The notes: generated by a model not told the origin, from the letters alone. 13,411 nucleotides of DNA from a virus (IMGVR_UViG_2548876950_000004:1-13411); one strand, 5' to 3'; counted from the first letter of the stretch, positions 1 through 7,975 are shown. Translations and numbers: made by a program.

Positions 1-54
1 CTGGCAGCCTGAGTTCACAGATAAAACACTCTCCAGGAAACCCGGGGCGGTTCA
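1..54 (-). mobile_element. Terminal inverted repeat of an IS3-family insertion sequence (element body lies left of the window)
   Basis: Positions 2-54 are the exact reverse complement of 13359-13411. Read inward the end begins TGAACCGCCCCGGG, the TG...-type terminus I recall for IS3-family elements such as IS629. The identity runs to the window edge and stops abruptly at 54/55. Confidence 0.5.
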
Positions 55-157
55 AAACGCCCATGATTTTACAGGCTTTTGATACGTTGCTGAGTTCTTC
101 AGCCAGATTGAGCAAACCGGCTTTGTGTTTGATAACGGGATTGGTAGTATGAAGCAT
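55..157 (-). pseudogene. N-terminal fragment of an HTH-type protein, truncated at the IS junction
   Basis: ATG at 155-157 (reverse strand) preceded by GAGGT. Translation MLHTTNPVIKHKAGLLNLAEELSNVSKACKIMGV then runs straight into the IS-end sequence. The LAEELS-VSKACKIMGV stretch looks like the first helices of an HTH motif. Confidence 0.35.
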
Positions 158-280
158 GAGAGTTACCTCGTGTTTTGTATAAGGATTCGACACCCATATC
201 AAAACCGGTAACTCTCAACCTTTCAAGGCTCAGTGTCAGATCAAGTCGCGACTAATACACTCAATTCCATCATAAACTTC

Positions 281-409
281 TCAGTTGTTAGCTTTTGCCG
301 AACTGGAAAGCGCCTGTTTAAACTCACTGAAGCTGAGAGCTTCTTCGCCTTCGGCAAGGCCTTCGAAGTATTCTTCGTAAGCCTTTTTCATGATTGTGTC
401 GAAATCCAT
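281..409 (-). CDS. Small hypothetical protein, 42 aa (possibly YdaG-like)
   Basis: ATG at 407-409 (reverse strand) with AGGTGA 5 nt upstream; translation MDFDTIMKKAYEEYFEGLAEGEEALSFSEFKQALSSSAKANN, stop at 281-283. Below the 60-aa ORF-track cutoff. Sits upstream of the repressor like the small genes of Rac-type prophages. Confidence 0.4.
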   Translation of the reverse strand: MDFDTIMKKAYEEYFEGLAEGEEALSFSEFKQALSSSAKANN

Positions 410-419
410 ATCACTCACC

Positions 420-566
420 TTAGTTTCTTTCCAACCAGCGACGTGCGCCAGCTTCGGTTTTAAACGATTTGCTTTTGGTATACGTCATGGCGGTGAATGT
501 GCCGTCCTGATTGGGAAACACGCCACATACCAGAGATTCGTTGTTGCCAAGATCGATAGTATCCAT
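420..566 (-). CDS. Small hypothetical protein, 48 aa (possibly YdaF-like)
   Basis: Internal start MDTIDLGNNESLVCGVFPNQDGTF... of the 420..629 ORF, with GAGGT 4-5 nt upstream. The longer 69-aa form has no obvious ribosome-binding site. Confidence 0.4.
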   Translation of the reverse strand: MDTIDLGNNESLVCGVFPNQDGTFTAMTYTKSKSFKTEAGARRWLERN

Positions 567-816
567 GTTGACCTCATTTCCCCTTAACGCCGGGTGGCGG
601 AACGTTTTATCTACTGCGCTTTGTATCAATCAACAACTGCCGTCATGTTCGTATGCCTCAGGCTGGCTACTTAGCCCTGTTCAGTGGCTGGATAACTCGA
701 GGTATTGTCCAGCCGTTCTCTGGTGGGGCGTTGTTTGGATATGCTTATTAAACACAATGCGTTTTCTTATGTAAACACGAAATGTGTTTTGTGGTGAGTG
801 TCATATGATGATGGTA

Positions 817-841
817 CAAAAAAGCCCGCTGATAGCGGGCT
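817..841 (-). terminator. Intrinsic terminator downstream of the repressor gene
   Basis: Hairpin AGCCCGCT-GAT-AGCGGGCT (823-841) flanked by an A-run on the plus strand (817-822), which is a U-run after the hairpin on the minus strand. Confidence 0.6.
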
Positions 842-871
842 GATTGGCATATTACTGTGATAGCAAGATCA

Positions 872-1291
872 TTACTCCGGTGGGGGATTATCTTTAAGCC
901 TGCCTCTCAAATATTTTTCTACATACTCATCGATTTCTTTTAGCCGGACTTCAAATAGCTCAATCATTCGTTGTTGTTCTGAGCCAGGTAGCTGGTTAAA
1001 CAACTCAAGAAGTTTTCGTTGGGATTCATTTAACCACAATTCAGAAGATTCCTGTTCTCCAAATAGGAGCTCAGGAGGAGATATGCCAAGTGCCTTTCCC
1101 AATACGACAGCGTCATGCACTCCAACATTTCTGCTGCCCGCCTCATAGTTACCTATACGCGATTGCGTCCATCCGCAGATTTCAGCAAGTTTTCCTTGAG
1201 ATAAACCAAGCTTCTGCCTGCGCTCTTTAAGACGCATTGCAATTTTGTCATTGAGCCTACTAGCGGCAATTTTTTCGTTTTCTTTTTCCAT
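872..1291 (-). CDS. CI-like prophage repressor, XRE-family HTH, 139 aa, no S24 peptidase domain
   Basis: HTH segment LGLSQGKLAEICGWTQSRIGNYEAG; divergently oriented to a Cro-like gene across a 96-bp operator region; C-terminal part is charged/coiled-coil like with no Ser-Lys autocleavage domain. Confidence 0.8.
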   Translation of the reverse strand: MEKENEKIAASRLNDKIAMRLKERRQKLGLSQGKLAEICGWTQSRIGNYEAGSRNVGVHDAVVLGKALGISPPELLFGEQESSELWLNESQRKLLELFNQLPGSEQQRMIELFEVRLKEIDEYVEKYLRGRLKDNPPPE

Positions 1292-1387
1292 TGCATCCTT
1301 GTATCACGAATCGTGATTTACATAAAACACAAAACAGCTTGACCATATAACACAAGGTGTGTTTAAAATTGTCATCGGAGGTTTTCA
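1292..1387. promoter_or_regulatory. Immunity-switch operator/promoter region between divergent repressor and cro-like genes
   Basis: Contains palindrome ATCACGA-A-TCGTGAT (1303-1317), imperfect palindrome AACACA-AGG-TGTGTT (1349-1363) and a TTGACC -35-like hexamer (1336-1341). Confidence 0.6.
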
Positions 1388-1630
1388 ATGAACAAAATTT
1401 CAACATATCGAAAACAGCTTGGGCTGTCTCAAAGACAACTTGCTGTTCAGTTAGGGTGGATACAAAGCCGACTGGCAAATTACGAAGCAAATTTTCGTAC
1501 CCCTGGACTAGAGGAGTGCAGAAAAATTGTTTCTACCCTTAATCGGCTTGGCGCTCATTGTGGACTTGACGATGTATTCCCCCCAGACGGTAAGCATAGC
1601 GAAAACAGCATAGGAGCGGTTGATTCATGA
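1388..1630 (+). CDS. Cro-like HTH regulator, 80 aa (YdaS-like)
   Basis: GGAGG 6 nt upstream of the ATG. HTH LGLSQRQLAVQLGWIQSRLANYEA shares the GW-QSR-NYEA recognition-helix motif with the repressor. Stop overlaps the next start (ATGA at 1627-1630). Confidence 0.75.
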   Translation: MNKISTYRKQLGLSQRQLAVQLGWIQSRLANYEANFRTPGLEECRKIVSTLNRLGAHCGLDDVFPPDGKHSENSIGAVDS

Positions 1631-2049
1631 AAATCAGGCATGAGCACATCGAATCAGTGTTGTTAGCCCTGGCAGCCGAAAAAGGGCAGGCGTGGGTCGC
1701 TAACGCAATTACTGAAGAATATCTGCGCCAGGGGGGCGGCGAATTGCCCCTTGTACCAGGCAAGGACTGGAACAATCAGCAGAATATCTATCACCGTTGG
1801 TTGAAAGGTGAAACGAAAGCGCAAAGGGAAAAAATTCAGAAACTGATCCCTGCGGTTCTGGCAATTCTTCCGCGCGAGCTGCGTCACCGACTCTGCATCT
1901 TCGATACCCTGGAACGCCGTGCATTACTGGCGGCGCAGGAAGCGTTGAGTACGGCAATTGATGCGCATGATGATGCAGTCCAGGCCGTTTACCGGAAAGC
2001 ACATTTCAGCGGTGGTGGGTCGCCCGGCGATTCTGTCGTAGTGCATTGA
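1627..2049 (+). CDS. YdaT/CII-like prophage regulatory protein, 140 aa
   Basis: Translationally coupled to the cro-like gene; N-terminus MKIRHEHIE and the position after cro match my recollection of the Rac ydaS-ydaT arrangement. Identity is from recalled family features only. Confidence 0.5.
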   Translation: MKIRHEHIESVLLALAAEKGQAWVANAITEEYLRQGGGELPLVPGKDWNNQQNIYHRWLKGETKAQREKIQKLIPAVLAILPRELRHRLCIFDTLERRALLAAQEALSTAIDAHDDAVQAVYRKAHFSGGGSPGDSVVVH

Positions 2050-2126
2050 TTGAAATTAATCGTGCCGGATTGTTTTGTTCGGTATCAGTTAAATGTAACG
2101 CTGCGAGCGTTACAAGGTGAAAACAA

Positions 2127-2909
2127 ATGGCTTCAAACTGGATAAAGCTCGAGGTTATTACGCCGGATAAGCCGGAAATATTCAGGCTTGCTGAGATTCT
2201 GAATATTGATCCAGATGCCGCATTAGGGAAGGTTATTCGCTTCTGGGCATGGGCGGATCAACAAATGATAGACGGTAATGCAGATTGTAACGCTCGCGGC
2301 GTTACAAAAAGTGCAATAGATCGCATCACTTTTATGGCTGGTTTTGCTGATGCGTTAATTCAGGTTGGATGGCTGATCGAAAATGACGGTGGGCTTTCTC
2401 TACCTAACTTTGAACGTCATAACGGGAAAAGCTCTAAAAAACGGGCGGTTACAAACGAGCGAGTAACAAAAATACGCGAACTGCAACGAAAAGGTAACGC
2501 TGCCAGCGTTACACAAACGGATCAAAAAGCGTTACCAGAGGAAGAGGAAGATATAAATACTGATCTCCCCCTAAATCCCCCTCGCCAAAAACGAGCGTCT
2601 AAAAAATTCGAGCCGGAGGCTATCGAGCTGCCTGACTGGTTGCCGGAAACACTCTGGCATGAGTGGTTTCAGTTCAGGCAGGCATTGCGAAAACCGATTC
2701 GAACGGAGCAGGGCGCTAACGGGGCGATACGGGAACTGGAAAAATTCCGTCAGCAGGGTTTTACACCTGAGCAGGTGATTCGACACAGCATCGCCAATGA
2801 ATACCAGGGCCTGTTCGCGCCGAAAGGTGTTCGGCCTGAGACGTTGCTCCGACAGGTTAACACCGTCTCGTTGCCGGACAGTGCGATCCCGCCAGGCTTC
2901 AGGGGGTAA
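2127..2909 (+). CDS. Replication initiation/primosomal protein, DnaT-like C-terminus (YdaU-like), 260 aa
   Basis: AGGTGA ribosome-binding site; sits directly upstream of the DnaC-like gene, as in the dnaT-dnaC and lambda O-P arrangements; C-terminal W/F-rich segment DWLPETLWHEWFQFRQALRKP; gene body carries repeated palindromes. Confidence 0.55.
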   Translation: MASNWIKLEVITPDKPEIFRLAEILNIDPDAALGKVIRFWAWADQQMIDGNADCNARGVTKSAIDRITFMAGFADALIQVGWLIENDGGLSLPNFERHNGKSSKKRAVTNERVTKIRELQRKGNAASVTQTDQKALPEEEEDINTDLPLNPPRQKRASKKFEPEAIELPDWLPETLWHEWFQFRQALRKPIRTEQGANGAIRELEKFRQQGFTPEQVIRHSIANEYQGLFAPKGVRPETLLRQVNTVSLPDSAIPPGFRG

Positions 2910-2915
2910 CGGACC

Positions 2916-3662
2916 ATGAAAAATATTGCGACAGGCGGTGTTCTTGAACGTATCCGTAAGCTGGCTCCGCAGCATGTAACCGCGCCGTACCGGACAGTGG
3001 ACGAGTGGCGAGAGTGGCAGCTTGCAGAAGGGCGAAAACGTAGCGAGGAGATCAACCGCCTGAATCGTCAGTTGCGGGTGGAAAAAATTCTGAATCGCTC
3101 AGGCATCCAGCCGTTGCATCGTAAATGCTCGTTTGCAAATTACCAGGTGCAGAACGACGGCCAGCGATACGCGTTAAGCCAGGCGAAATCCATCGCCGAT
3201 GAACTGATGACCGGGGGTACAAATTTTGCGTTCAGCGGAAAACCTGGTACCGGGAAGAACCACTTAGCGGCAGCTATCGGAAATCGCCTGCTGAAAGATG
3301 GCCAGACAGTGATTGTGGTTACTGTGGCTGATGTTATGAGTGCCCTGCATGCCAGCTATGACGACGGACAGTCAGGCGAAAAATTTTTGCGGGAACTGTG
3401 CGAAGTGGATCTGCTGGTTCTTGATGAGATTGGCATTCAGCGCGAGACGAAAAACGAGCAGGTGGTACTGCACCAGATTATTGATCGACGGACAGCGTCG
3501 ATGCGTAGCGTGGGAATGCTGACAAATCTGAACTATGAGGCCATGAAAACATTGCTCGGTGAGCGGATTATGGATCGCATGACCATGAACGGCGGACGCT
3601 GGGTGAATTTTAACTGGGAGAGCTGGCGTCCGAATGTCGTCCAGCCAGGAATTGCGAAGTAA
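2916..3662 (+). CDS. DnaC-like helicase loader, AAA+ ATPase (IstB/DnaC family), 248 aa
   Basis: Walker [16 protein letters not shown] and Walker [10 protein letters not shown]; size and placement after the initiator gene. Confidence 0.85.
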   Translation: MKNIATGGVLERIRKLAPQHVTAPYRTVDEWREWQLAEGRKRSEEINRLNRQLRVEKILNRSGIQPLHRKCSFANYQVQNDGQRYALSQAKSIADELMTGGTNFAFSGKPGTGKNHLAAAIGNRLLKDGQTVIVVTVADVMSALHASYDDGQSGEKFLRELCEVDLLVLDEIGIQRETKNEQVVLHQIIDRRTASMRSVGMLTNLNYEAMKTLLGERIMDRMTMNGGRWVNFNWESWRPNVVQPGIAK

Positions 3663-3684
3663 TTTTTACCGGGAGAAAAATTTA

Positions 3685-4446
3685 ATGGAGACTGTTTTTG
3701 ACGCACTGAAAGCAATGGGAAAAGCCACATCCATAGAACTTGCTGCGCGACTTGATATCAGTCGTGAAGAGGTACTGAACGAGCTGTGGGAACTGAAAAA
3801 AGCTGGTTTTGTTGATAAAACCGCGTACACCTGGCGCGTGGCTGAAAACAACGTTCAGCAGGAACAGTCAGCGCAGGCAGAACTGCCGGAAGAAACCACC
3901 ACAGCAACAGTAGCGAAAATCTCAGAGTGCGATTTAACCGCAACGATTGAACAACGCGGACCACAAACGGCTGATGAGCTGGCTACATTGTTTGATACCA
4001 CATCACGCAAAGTGTCTTCAACGCTGGCAATGGCAATCAGCAAAGGTCGTCTGATTCGCGTAAATCAGGGCGGTAAATTTCGTTACTGCATACCGGGCGA
4101 TAATTTACCAGCAGAGCCGAAAGCAGCATCGGTAGCGGAAACTGATGGTAAAGCCTTTCCTCAGCCTGCATGTGTTGCGTTACCAGTACAGGAAGCTGCA
4201 ACACAGGAAGATATTAAAACAGAAACGATGGCGGACATTGTGCAGTCGCTGCCATCGTTTACTGCAACGCGATCTGATGATTTGATTTTGCCATCGCTGC
4301 ATTTGGCAAACCGCGAACTGCGTCGGGCGAAAAATCATGTCCAGAAGTGGGAGCGTGTCTGCGCCGCGCTGCGTGAGTTGAACAAGCACAGGGATATTGT
4401 ACGACAGATTACTGATTCTTCCCGCCATGTTGCATCGGAAAAGTGA
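3685..4446 (+). CDS. Hypothetical phage protein with two winged-helix-like segments, about 253 aa
   Basis: Start chosen at ATG 3685 (GGGAGA upstream) to avoid overlap with the DnaC-like gene. Segments [30 protein letters not shown] and [35 protein letters not shown] resemble winged-helix DNA-binding folds. Confidence 0.55.
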   Translation: METVFDALKAMGKATSIELAARLDISREEVLNELWELKKAGFVDKTAYTWRVAENNVQQEQSAQAELPEETTTATVAKISECDLTATIEQRGPQTADELATLFDTTSRKVSSTLAMAISKGRLIRVNQGGKFRYCIPGDNLPAEPKAASVAETDGKAFPQPACVALPVQEAATQEDIKTETMADIVQSLPSFTATRSDDLILPSLHLANRELRRAKNHVQKWERVCAALRELNKHRDIVRQITDSSRHVASEK

Positions 4447-4461
4447 TTGCCGGAGGCGCTT

Positions 4462-4854
4462 ATGGCAAAAGTATTTACACAAGAAGAGCGGGAAGAAGTG
4501 AAGGCGCGCATTGTGGAATTCGTGCGCCTGAGCGGACGAGAAACTTTTCGACAACTGGCAGATAAAACGGGTGTCAGTAAGACCGCTATTCGTCGTTTAT
4601 CTGGTGCGCTTGCGGCCAGTGGTGATGTCTGGCTCTCTGGTTGCGGGGTATTTCCATCAGAGCAGGCGTATCGCGTATGGCGTAAGACACCGGAGAAGGC
4701 TGCTGACCCGACACTGATTCGAAAGTTACCTGACGGAGAAATACGTCGTTACAACAGACGGCAGAACATAATTTGTCGTGAGTGCCGCCAGAGCGAAGTT
4801 ATGCAGCGTGTGCTGGCGTTCTATCGGGGAAACTTTCAGGAGGTGATGTTGTGA
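4462..4854 (+). CDS. Hypothetical HTH-containing protein, about 130 aa
   Basis: GGAGG 5 nt upstream of ATG 4462; HTH-like FRQLADKTGVSKTAIRRLSG; stop overlaps the next gene's start. Confidence 0.5.
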   Translation: MAKVFTQEEREEVKARIVEFVRLSGRETFRQLADKTGVSKTAIRRLSGALAASGDVWLSGCGVFPSEQAYRVWRKTPEKAADPTLIRKLPDGEIRRYNRRQNIICRECRQSEVMQRVLAFYRGNFQEVML

Positions 4855-5324
4855 GTGAGTCGGCTACCATTCTCGACATGTGCTGTGGCAGTCGCATGTT
4901 CTGGTTTGATAAGAATGACGAACGGGCGATATTTAGCGATATCAGAAAAGAAGAGCACACATTGTGTGATGGACGACGCCTGATTATCAGTCCTGACCTG
5001 ATAGCAGATTTTCGAGCATTACCATTTGCAGACGCATCGTTTCCGGTTGTTGTATTCGACCCTCCGCATCTTGAGCGTGTTGGTGATAACGCCTGGATGG
5101 GAAAGAAATATGGACGGCTGAATAAAGATACCTGGCGAGATGATTTGCGGCAGGGATTTAAAGAAGCCTTTCGTGTGTTGTGCCCACGCGGCGTTCTGAT
5201 TTTTAAATGGAATGAAACGCAAATACCTGTTCGCCAGATATTGGTACTGACCGACAGAAAACCTGTTATCGGTCAACGAACAGGAAAAAACGATAAAACC
5301 CACTGGATTATTTTTATGAAATAG
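4851..5324 (+). CDS. Putative small SAM-dependent DNA methyltransferase (N6-adenine type, DPPH motif), about 157 aa
   Basis: GTG start at 4851 with AGGAGG 6 nt upstream. Motif I-like ILDMCCGSRMF followed by motif IV-like VVFDPPHL, the order seen in gamma-type amino-methyltransferases. Confidence 0.45.
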   Translation: MSESATILDMCCGSRMFWFDKNDERAIFSDIRKEEHTLCDGRRLIISPDLIADFRALPFADASFPVVVFDPPHLERVGDNAWMGKKYGRLNKDTWRDDLRQGFKEAFRVLCPRGVLIFKWNETQIPVRQILVLTDRKPVIGQRTGKNDKTHWIIFMK

Positions 5325-5572
5325 GCATCCAGTGAGTAGGTTCGTAAGGTTACAGATGCGTATATCTGAATAATTAAATTCAGTTCTGTAAATAAAATTT
5401 AATCCTTAACCGGAGGGATTCCTGCACCCTCAGAACATCAGGAGACCGCCCGAAAGGGCGGTAATGAAAAATGGCTGAATGAACCAAATGGCTACAAAAC
5501 ACGATTACCGGAATTGAAACGGTAGTAGACGATAAATCGTTTGTATGTGATGAAATAGTATTCAAAATCGAT

Positions 5573-5938
5573 GTGGTTAAAAACGTACTTACCGCATTTA
5601 AAGTCGCGCTGGTATCGCTGGAAGCCGAACCGGTGACATGGCGATATCGCTACGTGAGAAAAGGCGTTACGAACTTTCAGGAGAAGCCGTGGGTTGGTGA
5701 CTGGAAATATGTACCGACAAAAGAGGATTGCAACGACAGGCCGAACTATGAAATTCAGGCGTTATTCACGGCCCAGCCTGTGCCACTGACACCCGAAGGA
5801 TTGATTAAAGCGGTGCGCTTCTATGAACAGGTTAAGAGTGAAAATCCGCCAGTCGAAACCGGAGCATGGAAAGACGCTGTTGACTGGGTGCTCAAAGAGG
5901 CTTGTCAGGCTGTAAACATTGGCATCAAAGGAGAGTGA
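5573..5938 (+). CDS. Hypothetical protein, 121 aa, start uncertain
   Basis: Long ORF with no internal Met; GTG start at 5573 lacks a clear ribosome-binding site. Leads a co-oriented, tightly packed cluster. Confidence 0.45.
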   Translation: MVKNVLTAFKVALVSLEAEPVTWRYRYVRKGVTNFQEKPWVGDWKYVPTKEDCNDRPNYEIQALFTAQPVPLTPEGLIKAVRFYEQVKSENPPVETGAWKDAVDWVLKEACQAVNIGIKGE

Positions 5939-5939
5939 G

Positions 5940-6131
5940 ATGAACGGACAAATCTCAATTGTTCGACCGGGAGCATGTGACGATTGCGAGATACGAATGA
6001 TTATTCGTCTGGCGATGGGGAAAACAATAACTGCTCTCATTACTCCAGAAAATCTCGCATTAGCATTAACAGGAAAGTCAGACCTGCCAGTAGAGCTAAA
6101 GCTGCGAAATGTTGAGATTAAGGTGAAATAG
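5940..6131 (+). CDS. Hypothetical protein, 63 aa
   Basis: ATG at 5940 with AAGGAGAG 5 nt upstream, two bases after the upstream stop; ends 2 bp before the next gene. Confidence 0.5.
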   Translation: MNGQISIVRPGACDDCEIRMIIRLAMGKTITALITPENLALALTGKSDLPVELKLRNVEIKVK

Positions 6132-6133
6132 CT

Positions 6134-7555
6134 ATGACCACTATTACCAAAGAGCGACTGCTGACAATCAAGCAGTGGCGCGAAACATACGGACCTGGTA
6201 GCAACGTTGTACTGCCAGCAGAAGAAGCGGAAGAACTGGCACGGATTGCACTGGCATCATTGGAAGCAGATCCAGTTAAACGAGTTAACTCAGATCAGAT
6301 GCACCGAGTCTGCTTAGAAGCTAATCGCTATTTAGATAAATATGACGCGATGGCGAAAGAGGTAAATAAGTTGCTTGGACGCATCGCCCCGCCAGCGCCA
6401 GTATTTAACGGCGAATACGGTGACGCATATCAGGGCGCTCGTGAAGACCTGTCCATCTGGAAACGGCGAGCGCTTGAAGCTGATGAGCACGTTCGGCGAC
6501 TGGAGCAAATCAATGACCACATGGTGAAAGAGGCGCAGGGAGAATCACGCATGGGCGAGCCTGTAATACGTGAGCCAGCACCGGTAGTGCCTGAAGAAGC
6601 AACTCCGGAAAACGTAGAAATGCTCTCTGGCTATGTTTCAACGTACAAATTAACCGATAGCGAGCGCGATATTGCTGCCGAAATATGGAACGCCTGCCGC
6701 GCCGCCATGCTTCAGTCAGGAAACTTTCGGGAAAACAAGAATTCGTCAACCAATAATTTTCGGGAAATCGAGGAAACGTCAACCAACTATCCGGCAATTC
6801 CTAGTGAGGTGTTGTCCGCAATCCTGAAGGTTGCCAGGATTCGTGCCGATTTCGATGATTTTGACGGTGACAGGCGAGGTATCGGTGATTGTCTGGATGA
6901 GGCTGAGCAAGAGCTTATCGTTACCATTAACAAATATGCCAGTCAGTTGGCAGCAGAACCGATAGCGACTAATGACGTTCGAGAGCAGCAGACAGCCGTT
7001 CCGCCAGTTCCGGAAATACAGGCTGATGTCGCGCAAGCAATTGAAAATCTCAAGCAGAAGCTAGTGGAATGTAATCGCTATAACTACTGCGCAGATGCAG
7101 TTAAAGGCGTAGAGGATGCCTGCCGTGCTGTTAGCTATAGCCAAGCCGACAATCAACCAGCATCTGGCAACCAGGCTGCCGAATCCAATCGCGGTAATGA
7201 GTGGACCGGCAATCCTGATATTGATAACGCCATCATCATGCTCGACCGCATAGATACGCTGGAAAATTGCGATGATGACCGTATTGAGGCTGTTAAGGCT
7301 GTTTTGCGTAGACTGGCTGGCAACTATCCGGTAACTCCGGATGGTTGGATAAGCTGTAGTGAGCGAATGCCGAATACCAAAACAGCCGTTCTTGTTGCCG
7401 TGGAGTTTGACAGGAAAGGTGACTGGCGAATGAAATGGGCTACTTACATCCCGGGGCATCCTGACGCTAATGATGGGTGGATAATTCCTGGTGCGTCGTG
7501 GAAACCGTCACACTGGATGCCGCTACCAGAACCGCCGCAGGAGGTGCGCCAATGA
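6134..7555 (+). CDS. Large hypothetical phage protein with DUF551-like C-terminus, 473 aa
   Basis: AAGGTGA ribosome-binding site; acidic, low-complexity central region; C-terminal WISCSERMP...SHWMPLPEPP matches the recalled DUF551 signature. Confidence 0.6.
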   Translation: MTTITKERLLTIKQWRETYGPGSNVVLPAEEAEELARIALASLEADPVKRVNSDQMHRVCLEANRYLDKYDAMAKEVNKLLGRIAPPAPVFNGEYGDAYQGAREDLSIWKRRALEADEHVRRLEQINDHMVKEAQGESRMGEPVIREPAPVVPEEATPENVEMLSGYVSTYKLTDSERDIAAEIWNACRAAMLQSGNFRENKNSSTNNFREIEETSTNYPAIPSEVLSAILKVARIRADFDDFDGDRRGIGDCLDEAEQELIVTINKYASQLAAEPIATNDVREQQTAVPPVPEIQADVAQAIENLKQKLVECNRYNYCADAVKGVEDACRAVSYSQADNQPASGNQAAESNRGNEWTGNPDIDNAIIMLDRIDTLENCDDDRIEAVKAVLRRLAGNYPVTPDGWISCSERMPNTKTAVLVAVEFDRKGDWRMKWATYIPGHPDANDGWIIPGASWKPSHWMPLPEPPQEVRQ

Positions 7556-7635
7556 TCTGGCCTGAAGCCTTTGCAATTACAGGCGTTGCTATAGCTATTG
7601 ATTTTTTAGTATATGTTATTTGTCGGTGGGGGTAA
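7552..7635 (+). CDS. Tiny hydrophobic peptide, 27 aa
   Basis: ATG overlaps the upstream stop (ATGA) with GGAGGTG upstream; translation MIWPEAFAITGVAIAIDFLVYVICRWG is a single predicted transmembrane helix. Below ORF-track cutoff. Confidence 0.4.
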   Translation: MIWPEAFAITGVAIAIDFLVYVICRWG

Positions 7636-7670
7636 AAACGTTCGCCGGGATTCACACCAAAGGAGGGAAT

Positions 7671-7775
7671 ATGTCGGATGATATTTCACTGGCAATGGAA
7701 GGTGCGCTGGCTGTTATTGCTGTTGTGGGCGTTTACTGCCTGGTTGTGTTTTTGATGGATCGACTAGGGAACTGA
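7671..7775 (+). CDS. Tiny hydrophobic peptide, 34 aa
   Basis: AAAGGAGGGAAT-ATG; translation MSDDISLAMEGALAVIAVVGVYCLVVFLMDRLGN with a central hydrophobic helix. Below ORF-track cutoff. Confidence 0.45.
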   Translation: MSDDISLAMEGALAVIAVVGVYCLVVFLMDRLGN

Positions 7776-7783
7776 ATTCATTA

Positions 7784-7805
7784 CGATATGGGAATTCCCA
7801 TATCG
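7784..7805. repeat. Perfect 22-bp palindrome CGATATGGGAATTCCCATATCG
   Basis: Exact self-complement with a central GAATTC, 9 bp after the 34-aa peptide stop and upstream of the hok locus; no T-run follows, so not a classical terminator. Confidence 0.7.
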
Positions 7806-7909
7806 GGTAAAAACGGTTTGCGGTAAAGCGAGAGTTAAGTAGAATTGCTGCGGGTGCTTGAGGCTATCTGCCTCGGGCATGCCACCGTAAGGCAGACAGA
7901 GAAAAGCCC

Positions 7910-7975
7910 CAGTTAACATTACGCGTCCGGCAAGACGCTTAACATTAATCTGAGGCCATATCTATGCTCTACACA
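7910..7975 (-). ncRNA. Expected position of the Sok-like antisense RNA of the hok locus (approximate, not delimited)
   Basis: Placed by analogy with hok/sok architecture, where the antisense RNA overlaps the leader and upstream start region. Promoter and 3' end could not be pinned from sequence. Confidence 0.25.

Noticed and set aside
233-774. Plus-strand ORFs 233..463, 390..587 and 511..774 from the track
   Set aside because: They overlap the better-supported minus-strand small genes and terminator, have no ribosome-binding sites and have odd composition; likely antisense shadow ORFs.
1260-2002. Minus-strand ORFs 1260..1490, 1539..1775, 1663..1887, 1709..2002 and plus-strand ORF 1357..1542
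   Set aside because: Antisense to or out of frame with the coupled cro-like and YdaT-like genes; no independent start signals.
2571-3055. Minus-strand ORFs 2571..2975 and 2750..3055
   Set aside because: Lie opposite the initiator and DnaC-like genes, which have clear motifs and ribosome-binding sites; GC-rich shadow frames.
3340-4554. ORF 3340..3522 (+) and minus-strand ORFs 3533..3730, 3666..3851, 3758..3964, 3855..4043, 4180..4554
   Set aside because: Embedded in or antisense to the DnaC-like and winged-helix protein genes; no start signals.
5445-5462. Hairpin ACCGCCC-GAAA-GGGCGGT as a terminator
   Set aside because: No U-run on either strand, so not a classical intrinsic terminator; recorded only as a stable stem-loop of unknown role.
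5019-5565. Minus-strand ORFs 5019..5303 and 5380..5565
   Set aside because: The first is antisense to the putative methyltransferase; the second spans an intergenic hairpin region and has no ribosome-binding site.
5762-7655. Minus-strand ORFs 5762..6040, 6332..6520, 6510..6797, 6779..7036, 7061..7459, 7467..7655
   Set aside because: All are antisense to the co-oriented plus-strand operon, which has consistent translational coupling.
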